DNA of 64,000 bases, from assembly GCA_918797485.1 (NCBI GenBank), contig CAKKNE010000006.1:1674001-1738000 (forward strand). Reading direction: 5' to 3'. The notes under the pieces are model-generated. The model saw nothing but the letters and a program-made list of their open reading frames with translations. It made no database searches and was not told the DNA's origin. This DNA comes from Pelagomonas calceolata. Its lineage: Eukaryota. Below, piece by piece: positions 42,871 to 57,469 of the stretch. The translations under genes and the position numbers were made by a program. Numbering within the stretch: the stretch's first letter is position 1; every line of letters begins with the position of its first letter.

Positions 42871-43245
42871 CGCCCCGCGCGAGGCCGCGCCCCCCGCCCG
42901 CCCACCCCCGTAATGCGCCTCTGACCGGCCGGGTGCTCGACGCGTTCCGCGCGAATCGCCCACCGGGTCCCACGCCACCCCGCCGGTCAGGATAGGTAGA
43001 CAACACCGACGGTTTTTCCGCGGCCGGGCCGCCCCCCGGGGGCCGAGGCCGCCGAGGGGCAGGTAGCAATTGACAAAAAAAACTTAGTACCGGCCGAGCG
43101 GTCGACGACCGAAAAAACCTTGCGATAAATAGGTCGAAATACCCCCCCCTATCATATACCCTTCCTATACACTTACATCACCCTTCAACACGCAACGCGT
43201 AATAAACACAGTTAAATCAAAACTACTTAGTGTATTTTAAGGTAG

Positions 43246-43797
43246 CTCCGCGGCAGACTATCTCAGCCGCCGTACTCCCAAAGGTGCGTACTCCTTTGGT
43301 CTTGCATTATTCGCAGGTTATGGGCCCACGGTCCATGGGAAATTCTCACTCAGCACAATACCTACTTATCCGATCACAGCAGCAAGATATTACCCCTAAT
43401 TCTGCAATTCATTCGTGTAGCACCAATTAACTTGAATCTTGCCGAAGCAATGATTCATTGCAATGAAACTTTAGCCTATCATGATGCTACCCCATCAGCA
43501 TTGGCTGATGGACCATGGAGTCCAGCTGCTGTTCGCGAAAGAGGTCAAGCAATTGATGTTGCATGGGAACATGAACCCAAGCAGCCCAAACTCCCATGTT
43601 TTGCAGTAGGAAACTACGAAGGAGGCGAACTGTGCATAAATAACGGGGATAATGTTAAATGTTTTGACATCAATGGCAAAATCCTCAAGTACAACGGGAG
43701 AGTCCCACACAGCCTGAGTGTGAGTGACATACTCAATTCTGGGGGAGAGAAACGCAAACGATACAGAGCTCTGCTTTGTTGTCTACAAGCGAATTAA
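43246..43797 (+). pseudogene. Degenerate 2OG-Fe(II) oxygenase-like (TET/JBP-like) fragment
   Basis: Open frame lacking an upstream ATG. CFAVGNYEGGELCI...FDINGKILKYNGRVPH...GEKRKRYRALL resembles the G.y.GGEL...F.G...H...R.S end of the DSBH fold; no intact HxD at the expected position. Confidence 0.4.
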
Positions 43798-44493
43798 ATC
43801 CAGGGTTACACACCCAGCCTCTCAATTGTGGTTGCACACGTCCGTGATACAGCCAGGCAAGGGTGGCATCGTTAATGTCCCCTAGAGACGTATAAATTGA
43901 ACATAATTACGAAAAATATATATATTTAAATTATTCACTGGCAAGTTTCAGGGTCCTATCATAATCGCTCCATATCTATATAGGGCTCAAAGAGAATTTC
44001 CGGCTTTTGCCTAGGCCGAGGGTTAGGGTAGGGTTGGGGTTGGGGTTGGGCGACTCGGCGAGAGTCGGGTTAGAGCGGGTCCGAAATGGTCCTAGTGTCG
44101 GCGGCAGTTTCGCGGCAACGTGGGCTCGAATGGTTTTGAAAAGGTGCTCATCGGAACACGGGGAGCGAGAGAAACGTTTTTATAAGGGCGGAAAGGGCGA
44201 GCGGCGAAGAACAGCGTTCTGACGAGCGGCGCAAAACAGCTTAAATGCTAGTGGCAAAAAACTCACTAGGGCCTGTGTGCCCCGTACCGCTAACGGTACG
44301 GGGCACCTTGGACACACCACCCGCCGCCGCGTACTTTTGCTCTGAGTTTACTAGCACCATGATGATAATTTTTAATACTTGCTAGGGTTACCTGTCGTTT
44401 TAGACTGTCGTTTATTGGTAGGTACACCGGCCCGGCGCGATCACTAGCGAGCCAGCGAGCCTGTAGTTGGACAAAAGCGATCGGCGACGCAAA

Positions 44494-45099
44494 ATGGTGT
44501 TCCAGGATGTGGTGCTCGTCGACGGCCGGACACACATGCTGGGGCGCCTCGCGTCCGTTATGGCCAAGGAGCTCCTGAGTGGCCAAAAGATTGTTGTCGT
44601 CCGCTGCGAACAGGTTGTTGTCTCAGGCTCTTTGGTCCGTAATAAGGTAAAATTTACGCAGTTCCTCAAGAAGCGGACTAATACGAATCCCAAAAAGGGT
44701 CCTATCCACTACCGCTCTCCTGCGCGCATGGTCTGGCGGACGATCCGCGGCATGCTGCCGCACAAGACGGCACGTGGTCAAGCCGCACTCGCGCGCCTCC
44801 AGTGCTTTGAGGGCATACCACCGCCCTACGACACAATGAAGAAACTAGTCGTCCCTGAAGCTCTCAAGGTGGTTCGGCTCAAGCCGGGACGCCGGTGCAC
44901 TGGCCTCGCACGGCTCGCAACGGAATTTGGCTGGGCGCACGAAGACCTGATCAAGCTAATGGAATCGAAACGCATCTCCAAATCTGCCGAATTCTACGCA
45001 GCCAAGAAACTTGCACACGTCGAGAAAGCCAAGGCAGCTGCCGTGGCCAATACAGCTGCCACTGATGCAGCTCTCTCAAAACTTGGTTACTTCGCCTAA
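44494..45099 (+). CDS. RPL13A: 60S ribosomal protein L13a (uL13)
   Basis: [55 protein letters not shown]. Confidence 0.97.
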   Translation: MVFQDVVLVDGRTHMLGRLASVMAKELLSGQKIVVVRCEQVVVSGSLVRNKVKFTQFLKKRTNTNPKKGPIHYRSPARMVWRTIRGMLPHKTARGQAALARLQCFEGIPPPYDTMKKLVVPEALKVVRLKPGRRCTGLARLATEFGWAHEDLIKLMESKRISKSAEFYAAKKLAHVEKAKAAAVANTAATDAALSKLGYFA

Positions 45100-46096
45100 T
45101 CAAAACCTGGTTACCTACCCTTGGGGCTATGTAGTACATTCTAACTAACTAGTGGAGAATAGAGGCAGGTTTTATCCCGTCCGTTGGAGCGATTTGGTTT
45201 TGGGGCGGACTGGGAATTATTACTCACAGACCGGCGTTATTAAGAAAAAGAATGGAGAAGAGTAGGGCTCAATTTACCTCTAGATACCCGCAGCTGGCCG
45301 GGCCCGATGTTGTTTAATTGATTAATTAATTAATTAAGCCTGAGGACTCGAAGACCTAAAAAAAAGGAACAAGCTCCTAAGAGCCTTCTCCCTCAGGCTG
45401 TAGAAAATGAGAAAATATCAGACCCCCTCCCCCTTCCTCCTCAGGAGGCTTACCAAATATTACTCAGGCTAGCCCAGTGTACTCATCATGATGATCGGCC
45501 CCGGGAAAGCCGCCGTTTTAGACTGTATTTCGAGCTAGCCCGGGCCTTGTCGTTCAAGTTCGCTCCCGGAGAAGCGCCCCGGACACCCGGGCCGGCCCAG
45601 ACCGGTGAATGCTGCCGTCCCCAGTACTCATCATGATCGGAAATGCTTACTGGCAAGCTCGAAAATGGTCTTTAAAACGCTACTACTAGTAGTACAACTA
45701 TATCATCATCGAGATGCCACCGGCCATCTAGCGCTCCCTATATTTCCCAACGCCGCGGAATGCCGGTTCTATGCCGTAGCTGGAATGTCGCTCCTAGGAA
45801 GCCTGGTGCGCCGGCGCGGCGGAGGCGAAACTTGAAGTCTGATATGGAACCTCCCCGTCCGCCGTAGTCAAATTCTTTTTTATTTGACTGAAAATCTGAT
45901 CCCTCAGAGCACATAGGGCAATAAATAGTCGAGTTTTCCTGGAAGTCCGGTCCCCAGAGCGCAGCGTCTAGTCATCTTACTCCTCCATGAAAGCAGCTAA
46001 TGTACACACCCAGAGAATTCTGCTGTGGGGTAACGGAAATTCCAACCGCATTGTTATAGCTAGCACAGCGTCAATCCTAGAGTGACACCGGTTCTA

Positions 46097-47905
46097 TCAG
46101 CTTCTGAACCAACCAAAGAGGCCACTAACGCCTTTTTCATTTGTCTTTGTTTGAAAAGAGGGTAGATTCAGGTAGACATGTCCCAGATTGAACAAGATAG
46201 GCTTACATGGAACCCCACTTGCCTGAAAGCAGCTTGCCGAAGATACGGCTAACAAATCTGAAACGTGAATATCAAGCACGCCAAGGAACATGGTCAATGT
46301 TGATTGAGAGAAAGTGGACTCCCTTGCATATTTGCGATGCAGATGGTCAAGGCAACGAGCAGCCTTGACACGGGACAAGGACGCCTGGGCGGCATCACTG
46401 AGGTGTGCCGTCTCTATGCTAAGAACTGGCACTTCACAGGCCTCGGCCTCTTGGGAGGCATGATCAGCAAGGTAGATAGTGTGACGGAGTAGAGCAGATG
46501 CCGTGTGACTCTCGTCCATGTGCACACAAAATGTTTCTGCAAGGAAGTAACATCTGTAGGCACGAAGTGCTGCATTTCGCCCGTGGAGTCTCTCTGCGAG
46601 AGTCTCATCCTTGGCATCTCGAAGGACCGTGAGAGCTGCCATTTCTTTCGTTACCTCTATCATCTTATCGTAGAGGTGAATGACATCATCAGGTATGCGT
46701 GGATTAATTACGCTATCAAGTGAGGCGTTACATACCTGAGCAATTATAGCACCTAACGTTACCCAACGCCACTCGGAAGCTCTCTCTATGACTGCGGCGT
46801 CACAGCGTTGATAAAGCAGGTCGAGCTTCTCGTAGGTGGTGCGTGCCACAAGGAGCTCCAGAGAAAAGTCACCTTGAGTTTTTGCATCTTGCTCTGAAAT
46901 AGCAGCACGAATAATATCCTCCAGGTGTATCATCTTTTGGGCATACTGCACTTCATTTGGTAGTGATGAGAGTGAGATAGCTGGTTGCCGAATATTTTGA
47001 CAGCACAATCCAGCTGTGCCGCCTGACGGTACGTCAAATATCCTCGGATATTTTAATGGACCACAAACCCGAAGTCGGCGCTTAACTTCTTCGGCTGTGA
47101 TTTCGGGAGATGACCCGCACCAGTTGACGAAAATACTCCCCGAAGATTCTAAACCGCAAGTTAAATTTACCACCTTGCAACTATCTTGTTTATCCATGTT
47201 AGAAATTTCTAACGAGTGAGTACTACCGCCTGCAAGATTACAGCGACGTGTTGCCTTTGAGCAATCTATAGCTTGATTCTGAAATGGATCCAAGCATGCC
47301 GTGTCCCCATGGCATTTTGCAAAGATATTGTAAATATCACAAGCACGTTCAAAGGCCGTGGCAGCGTGATTATAGTCGCCTTTCGACTCCAGTGTAAGAC
47401 CGTCGATCCAGTCCGCATAAGCGTTGCATTCACGAGCGAGCGCATAGTCACCCATAGTGATGCACAATGCCCGAAGAGTGTTACTATGTGCGGCTGCTTT
47501 AACTAAACGTTGGCACAGGCGACGTTCCGCATATTTTTTTCGTGTTTGTTCTGTCGCAACGTTCATCTTGATATTCCCCGACAGATATTGCTTTGACTCC
47601 ATAGCATGGGCCCGAGCCCGCTCCGCCAAAAACGCTTGGATCAACAGATGATATGAATCACGTTTAGGGCCAGGAGACCCCAAAGTCATTAATTTACTAT
47701 CGCTATGGGGGGTTGTGAGCTTCTTGCGTAGACGTCGTAACTGACGAGTACATCGCCTGTGTTGAAGCTTAAAAAATAAACGTCAACTATCGTACATGCG
47801 GTAATTCGCGAGATTCTCGCTGTGTCTGAAGCCATTCTGAACGTCTATTTTGTGTAGTAATGCATGTAGAACGAATTTATTGTGATAGCTTGGCTCATTC
47901 ATCAT
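46097..47905 (-). CDS. SRP68: Signal recognition particle subunit SRP68; exons 47905-47796 and 47756-46097
   Basis: QNGFRH...YRMRCTRQLRRLRKK, AERARAHAMESK, RLVKAAAHS, PCKPILFNLG and GVSGLFGWF motifs; 39-nt GT-AG intron 47757-47795. Confidence 0.85.
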
Positions 47906-48917
47906 GGCAGACCCGCGTATTATTCATCGGCGATCCCCCCACCCTAAAACCAAAAGGAGGTGGCTCCAGAAAACTCGAAGTTTACAACGGAGGAAGCCAA
48001 GCTTGCGAGTGGAGCGAGGGCTATAACCACAGCACCGGCATAAATCCCAACCCCCCCCCCCCCGGCCGGCATATGCTTGGCGAGAGACGAGGCGACAAAC
48101 CGCCGGACGGCGCCCCTGGGCCGGCCAGGCACTTGGGCACACCATGATATGACAACCAAAGTAACCATGATAATTGGGGTTTTATATTCTCTGCTCAGTT
48201 GTAACCCTGCGCCCGGGCCACACTGGGCCAGACAGCCGATTCCGAGTCGGACTCGGCGAGCTCTGCTAGTTCCGCCGCTAGTAGGTCCGAGTCACCGTGA
48301 CGGTAACTTGTTAAAACGTCCGAGTCCGCGTCTACGCAACGCCACCGGCTTTACGAGCACCTCTATGCGTCGCGCACCGCGACGTATGCGCCAGGAATTT
48401 TGGCGTGCGCGGGCCTTTCCGATGATCTCGAAGCGCTATCGGCTCGTAGCATCGCTTCCACACCCACGTACAGGCGGAAGTTTGCCCACGCTGCGGTTTC
48501 GCTTCTTCCGAAAACGTGTGCGACACGTGCCGCAGCCCGCCGACGGTGCGCCCGGGCGGCCACGGCCACTTCGACCTCGATACGAAACGAGCGTTTCCGC
48601 TCACTCCCGAGGACCCCACTTCTGGGTCAGTTCCGATTTGGCGAAAACACCTCGCCAGCTGCCGCGCCGCCGGCGGCCCGGGGTAAACTTCAAGTTTGAA
48701 CTCAGGCTAGTAAAATTCCGGTTTACCTCTCGCTCTTGCGCGTCTCCCGTAGCTAGATCCCGTGGCTCTCCCGCGGCCCGCGGACACTTCCCACTAGTAC
48801 CCAGCCCTCGGATCTCCTATTAAAAGTCGCGGCCCGGTTTTGATTCCAATACTGTACGGAGCTTGTAGGTGAGTGGAATATACCGCAGGTACCTCGGTAC
48901 AATTCAACGTTTGACCG

Positions 48918-50684
48918 ATGGAGATTTTCGATTCGAGTCTGCTGCGGATAAACTTAGATCTAGAAGATAAAAAAAAAGCCATACTTCTTCTGGCAGATGC
49001 CATCGAGCAGGAAACGTTGAATTGTCGAGCAGAGGTGGAAAAGCTCGAAGCTCTTTGTGAAGCCCATATGAGGACGGCAGGAGAGCAAAAACAATTTGAG
49101 CTCACGAAAGGGCTTCTAAAAGTGGATGTATAGTTTGGATTGCAAGACGGGGCACCAAATGGACGCTTGTAGGCACTTCTGCTTGTCAAAAAGCAGCTCT
49201 CCGCTGAATGTACGAGAATTGTCCTCGGGATAAATGTGAGTCACTCCATTTGAAACTATTATTATCACGTGTTACTGCCCCATCACAGATCAATGAAGAC
49301 TCTATTTGTCGTGCTTTGGCCGCAGTCTTGCACAAGAATGATGTTAGGTTAGAAGCTTGTCGGATCAAGTGCCTCGCCGTGCCTTTTACCATAGTGCGGA
49401 TAAGTTATTTCATGCTTCAGGTGGAATCAAAACATCAGTTGTCGGCGACGAGAGTACGTAAGGGCTCAGACAGCGTCCATCCGACAGGTGACCGTGATAG
49501 GACTTGAGCCTGAGGTTCAACGACTGATCCAGAAACAAAAAAGGGATATAATAGCGCAGCGCACTGCCCAGGACTTAGCATGGAGCGCAATACGCACCAA
49601 GTTGAGTGGAAAACTTTTTGATCAGCAGGTGGCACTACGTGAGACAATGAGTCGTGTCCACGCACAGCGCGATTTCAATGAAAACATTCGCATTGGTCAA
49701 TCCATAACAGCACTTCAGTGTGAGTTCCAACATCGTTGCACAATCACATCAAGAGCGCAATCTGGACGCATTGAAAAATTGCAGGCCGAATTACAGAAAA
49801 AGCTGCATTTGGATAGTGCTAAATTTCAGCGTATGCATCAGAATTTGTGCGTGACGAAGAGAGATCGCCTCAGGACGAGACGTGACCAGCTCGCTTGTGT
49901 GCGGGATACTGTATATCAGCTTCAATGCTTTGGATCTAGAATAGTTGCTGAGGCACGAAATTCGGACCATGCGGTTTGGATTCAGGCAACCATATCCCAC
50001 GTCAACACAATTTCAAAGGAATCATTTTCAGTGAGGACAGAAGAAGTCTTGCGCCGGCGGGACACTACCATCGGCAATATAATTCACCATGACCAAGCGT
50101 TAACACACACCTGGGAGCTCGGCATAATGCATGCCGCAGATGCATACGAAACAAGTTGCAAAGACTATCACTGCGCTATTATTGCCAGACTCCAAATACA
50201 GCGTACTAACTGGATTAAACAAACGAAAATCTTGATACGTGAAATTCAGTCCCTGAATCAAGAGGTCTGTGCCCTCAAAGCCATCGGGGACAAAACTAAA
50301 AATCGTTGGCATGACATGGAGATGGCTCTTGCCAAACCAAGTTATGAGGCCGGGTCGCATGCTTACAAACTCCTTTGTACCCAGACGAGCAGGCAGCAGA
50401 CTCATGCCCAAGAGCTTTACCTGCTCGATGATAAATGTGCAGCTGCTGAGCTACCCATCAAAGCAATTACCACAAACATTAGGCGCTTAGTTGCTACTTA
50501 CGATTTCTTACAGGGACAGCATCATGAGTTTCACCAGCGTGCTCTTATATCCAAGAATAAGGCAGTTCAATGCCACCTTCGTGATAATGCAAACAGACTA
50601 GTGCGAATAGTTGACAAAATCGGACTCGAAACAGTCCGTCATAATCATCTTACTAAAATGCTTGCTAGCTACACAAGAAGCTGA
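48918..50684 (+). CDS. Coiled-coil protein, CEP131/AZI1-like (multi-exon; 5' exon structure uncertain)
   Basis: TVIGLEPEVQRLIQKQK resembles the CEP131 TVKGLEPEIQRLI motif; long heptad-rich region; short AT-rich introns upstream. Confidence 0.6.
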
Positions 50685-50980
50685 CCGTAACGTTTCAGTG
50701 GTGGCAAGTTGAATGCACACGACGCCAACCCTCGCTGGCGGCAATGCAAAGAAGCGAGAAATATCGCGTCCCTTCGCATGGGTCGCAGATTGGCGCGAGC
50801 TACAACTTGCAGCTGCAGTAACTTCCGCTCGATTAGGAGGGGTTCTCGCTAATCTCACCGTTGATTAGAATATGAAGGGTTTTCGCTAATCTCATTCCCA
50901 TTATACTACTCGGGCGGGAGAGAAATTCGGAGAATGCCATCAGTGATCCCACGCATATCATGATGACGCAGTATGATGAT

Positions 50981-51050
50981 GGTTTTGTGTGGTTTGGTTT
51001 GTTTGGTTTTGTTCAAGTTTTGGTTTTTGTTTGGTTTGCTTGGTTTGACT
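50981..51050. repeat. (GTTTG/GGTTT)n degenerate microsatellite
   Basis: ggttttgtgtggtttggtttgtttggttttgttcaagttttggtttttgtttggtttgcttggtttg. Confidence 0.8.
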
Positions 51051-51435
51051 TGGACAGACTCACCAATCGAGAGTTCAAGTTTTCCACAATACAGTGTGGG
51101 TGGGTGGAAGAACTTGAAATCATGATTGCCAATACCGTGACCAGCGGCTGCCACTGTCATCATGATTGTTGCCAGCCTCAGGCTGAGGCCGAGGCCTATG
51201 ATTCTGAATTACCGTGACTCGGCGGACTCAGACTCGGAAATACTACACCGTCACCGTGACAGCACTGCATATACGCCACGAAGTCCGAGTCCACGACGTG
51301 GGGCGCATCATGATCAGCGTATTTAGTGGCCCAGGGTGCCTAGGAGCCCCCACTTGTGATCCTATGGGTCTGCTGGCGCCCCCCCAGTGGCTTGCGTACC
51401 GGGCCAGCTGAAATCTAGCTGAATACAGTGGCTCT

Positions 51436-52393
51436 ATGAACTCCGCGGAATACAGTGCGGAAACCACGGTGGAGAGTTTTGGTGGAGGCTTCTTTGACCG
51501 CGTGGTACGTCTTCACTTGTCCTCGACGAGCGCAAGCCTGCACCGTAGGCTGCTGGTGTGAGTACGTCTCATAAAGATGTGTATCGTGCAGCTGAGATGC
51601 AAGAGTGTCGAGCTCAGTTGCGAATCACCTTGCAGCGAATAGCTGATGTGGAGTCAATTAATGTAGATCTCGAGTCCCGGCTAGAGGCGCAGGCTAAAGA
51701 GTACATTCAACTCGAGTCGGATGCTGCAAAGTCGTACGCAGCAGCCGCGTAATTTGTTGCTTAACTTCCAATTTAATCATCATTCGACGGATATAGGCTT
51801 GCACATTGGAAGATGCAATATAAAGCACTCGCTGAAGAGGCTGGAAGTTGGAAGTGCGCGTCACAGCCGAGTATTGTCCCAAAATGCTTGAGATATGACA
51901 TACCATATCAGGAAATTACATGCTCAGCAGGAGCTGAAGAATCAGAAGATCCGCGAACAATTGCTTCGCACAGAGCGAGAGCTACATGGAATTCTTCAGA
52001 AGAAATATGACATCATGGAATATGCCCGGTGAGGCCGTTCATACTGCCCATGAGCGAAACCTACTAAACTGTCGTTTAGGCGCGAAGAGAGATTTCGAAT
52101 GCGTGCAGAAATCTCTGTAGGCACGAGTCTTGGTGCAAGACCCGTCACTGTTTCCCGAAACAACGAAGTTGATAAATCAGATCGCATCAGTTGGATGAGA
52201 GTTGAAACTGGCTTTAGCACTGGAAATCCACTTGGTGCGCTTCCCCAGGATGTGCGCCGCGGGCGTGCTATTCTTGCCCTCGCCGACCTCTTCAGATTAT
52301 ATATGGGGGATGATGACAACACTAATCACTCTCAAATGGTATTGCATGCGTGATTTATCCTAGCTGGCAAATGATGATCAAATTGAAGGCTAG
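51436..52393 (+). CDS. Multi-exon coiled-coil hypothetical protein (3' end uncertain)
   Basis: Exons join MNSAEYS...FFDRV|AAGVSTSHKDVYR...LESRLEAQAKEYIQLE...ELKNQKIREQLLRTERELHGILQKKYDIMEYAR|REERFRMR; GT-AG introns at ~51505-51548 and ~52030-52079. Confidence 0.6.
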
Positions 52394-53706
52394 TCTAGCA
52401 GCGCGAAAGCGCCATTTGGACGCAGTGGTCTGGACCAGGAAGCGATAAGCAAGAGAAAGCCCAGAGGATCCTCCACATTAATATTCACGGGCCTATTTAC
52501 ACCTGCGAGTTTCTTCAAGAACCTACGGGTCCTCTAAGATTCAAGACTGGATCTCAATTCTGGATAAGCGAGGAACCCACGTTTGAGGCAATGGACTGTA
52601 TGCTCCTCACTGGCAGTAGTATCCGATTTTTTTGGCTAATTTGGCTCACGGTGGTGTTCTGACGACCTCCATTGCCGCGCATCCTGCCGATGCCACGATA
52701 CTTGGGGAGGCTGGGGAAGGAGAGGCACCTATCTATATAAGTGCACATTCCGCTGAGGACCGGGGGCCCATCCTCTCAGACTCGGAGTCTAAAGCACGCC
52801 AGTACACTTGCCAGTGCGCGGTGGCATCTCCCCGGGGTGCTAGTCACGGCGCCTACGTTGGCAGTAGTAAGACGGGCCCGGTGGGAGAGGAGGTCAGGTA
52901 ACCGTGAGTCTTTGTCCGAGTCTGTCCAAAATCTGGACTCTAGGACCAAGACTTGAACAGTTAAACTTGACTCGGACTCCGAGTCGGAAAGTTGAAATTC
53001 CCGGGCTCTAGAAGAAAGAAAGAGAGAGAGAGTCGCTTATTGTGGCTAGCCCCTTTGCACAAATCCCAAGCGCGTCGCCACGGTTCTTGTTGGGACTTGA
53101 AGTCCTGAGCCCGTTTTTAAATTCTGCACGCCGGCTGCAACTGCATGGATTCAGAAAGGCGGTCGCAACGGGGGGGGGTTGCAGTAAGGATGAGCGACCA
53201 AGTGGCGGCTCTGGACGCCGTTTGGGCCAAGAAGACGGATTAGAAGGGAGCCGGGTCATATCGCACCAGTGCGGGATCGTTCTGCCAAAACGTCAAATCT
53301 CGACGGCCTCAGGCCAATTTTTGTTAGGGCGCGAGGGCCGACTTTTCAGGGACTCTATATTTTATCTAGCTCGTTATAGGCTGCCTTGCATTTCGTTCAC
53401 AAAGTGAAGGGATCCCTCCCTTGCTATGCTAAAGTCCCGTACTGTGCTAAACTTATGCGCACGTTGTACTTATCGATGCGCCGTCGCCTCAGTGCTCTCC
53501 GATGGACGAGTTCCCACTATCGGAAGTGGACTTCATGGTATAACGCAGACGAGACACACACATGCTATATTCTACGCAAGCCTCGAGAGAAACCAAATCT
53601 TGTATAAACTCCTGTAATCAAGCTGTATGTAACTCAACTCGATTTTATTTTGGGCCAATGGCAGGTTCGGGTTGATAAAGAAGAAAGGGGCGAGTGGATT
53701 GTCCTA

Positions 53707-56920
<3,214 letters not shown>

Positions 56921-57469
56921 TCGATCGAAGTTTAAACGTGGACTTATCTTCAGCTAGGCTGCTGCGCCGGGCGTCGCTAAGACTACTAAACGGGTTTTTG
57001 ACGACTTTGGAGCTCTCCCTCTCATCGTCATGACCTCCGTACAGACCCCCGACCTCGGGCGGGGCTACCGACCCCTCTCGGAGGCTTCATGCGAAAGCCG
57101 GTAATTTCGGATCGATTAAGACTCGTTCAGTGCCTGGGTCCCCCCCCCCTATCTTGGGCCATTCACGGCCATTCACGAGCCCATGCTAGCGCGGTGGTTA
57201 TTTGGGGCTGCCGGTGCCATCGAACTGCCCGGGCCAAGTTGGATCAGCCTGGTCAAGCCCGGGCCGGCTTGGTCAAGCCTGAGCGGCTGGTGGGGAAGTA
57301 TCGATTTACCTCCCTACTCGACGATTTTGCAAAAAAAATCTTCGAGGGGCTCATAAGGGGGCCTTGGGATGTCTAGGCGACCGCTGGCATGAGATTTCTG
57401 AAGGTGTTGAGTTAGTCGACAGGACCGAGACAGGGGTATCAAAACAGGAGGGCCTGTAGTTGGCCTGTC

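Noticed and set aside
44018..44050. Telomere-like GGGTTAGGGTAGGGTTGGGGTTGGGGTTGGG near the GC boundary
   Set aside because: Only ~5 degenerate units; too short to call an interstitial telomere or fusion point, though it could form a G-quadruplex.
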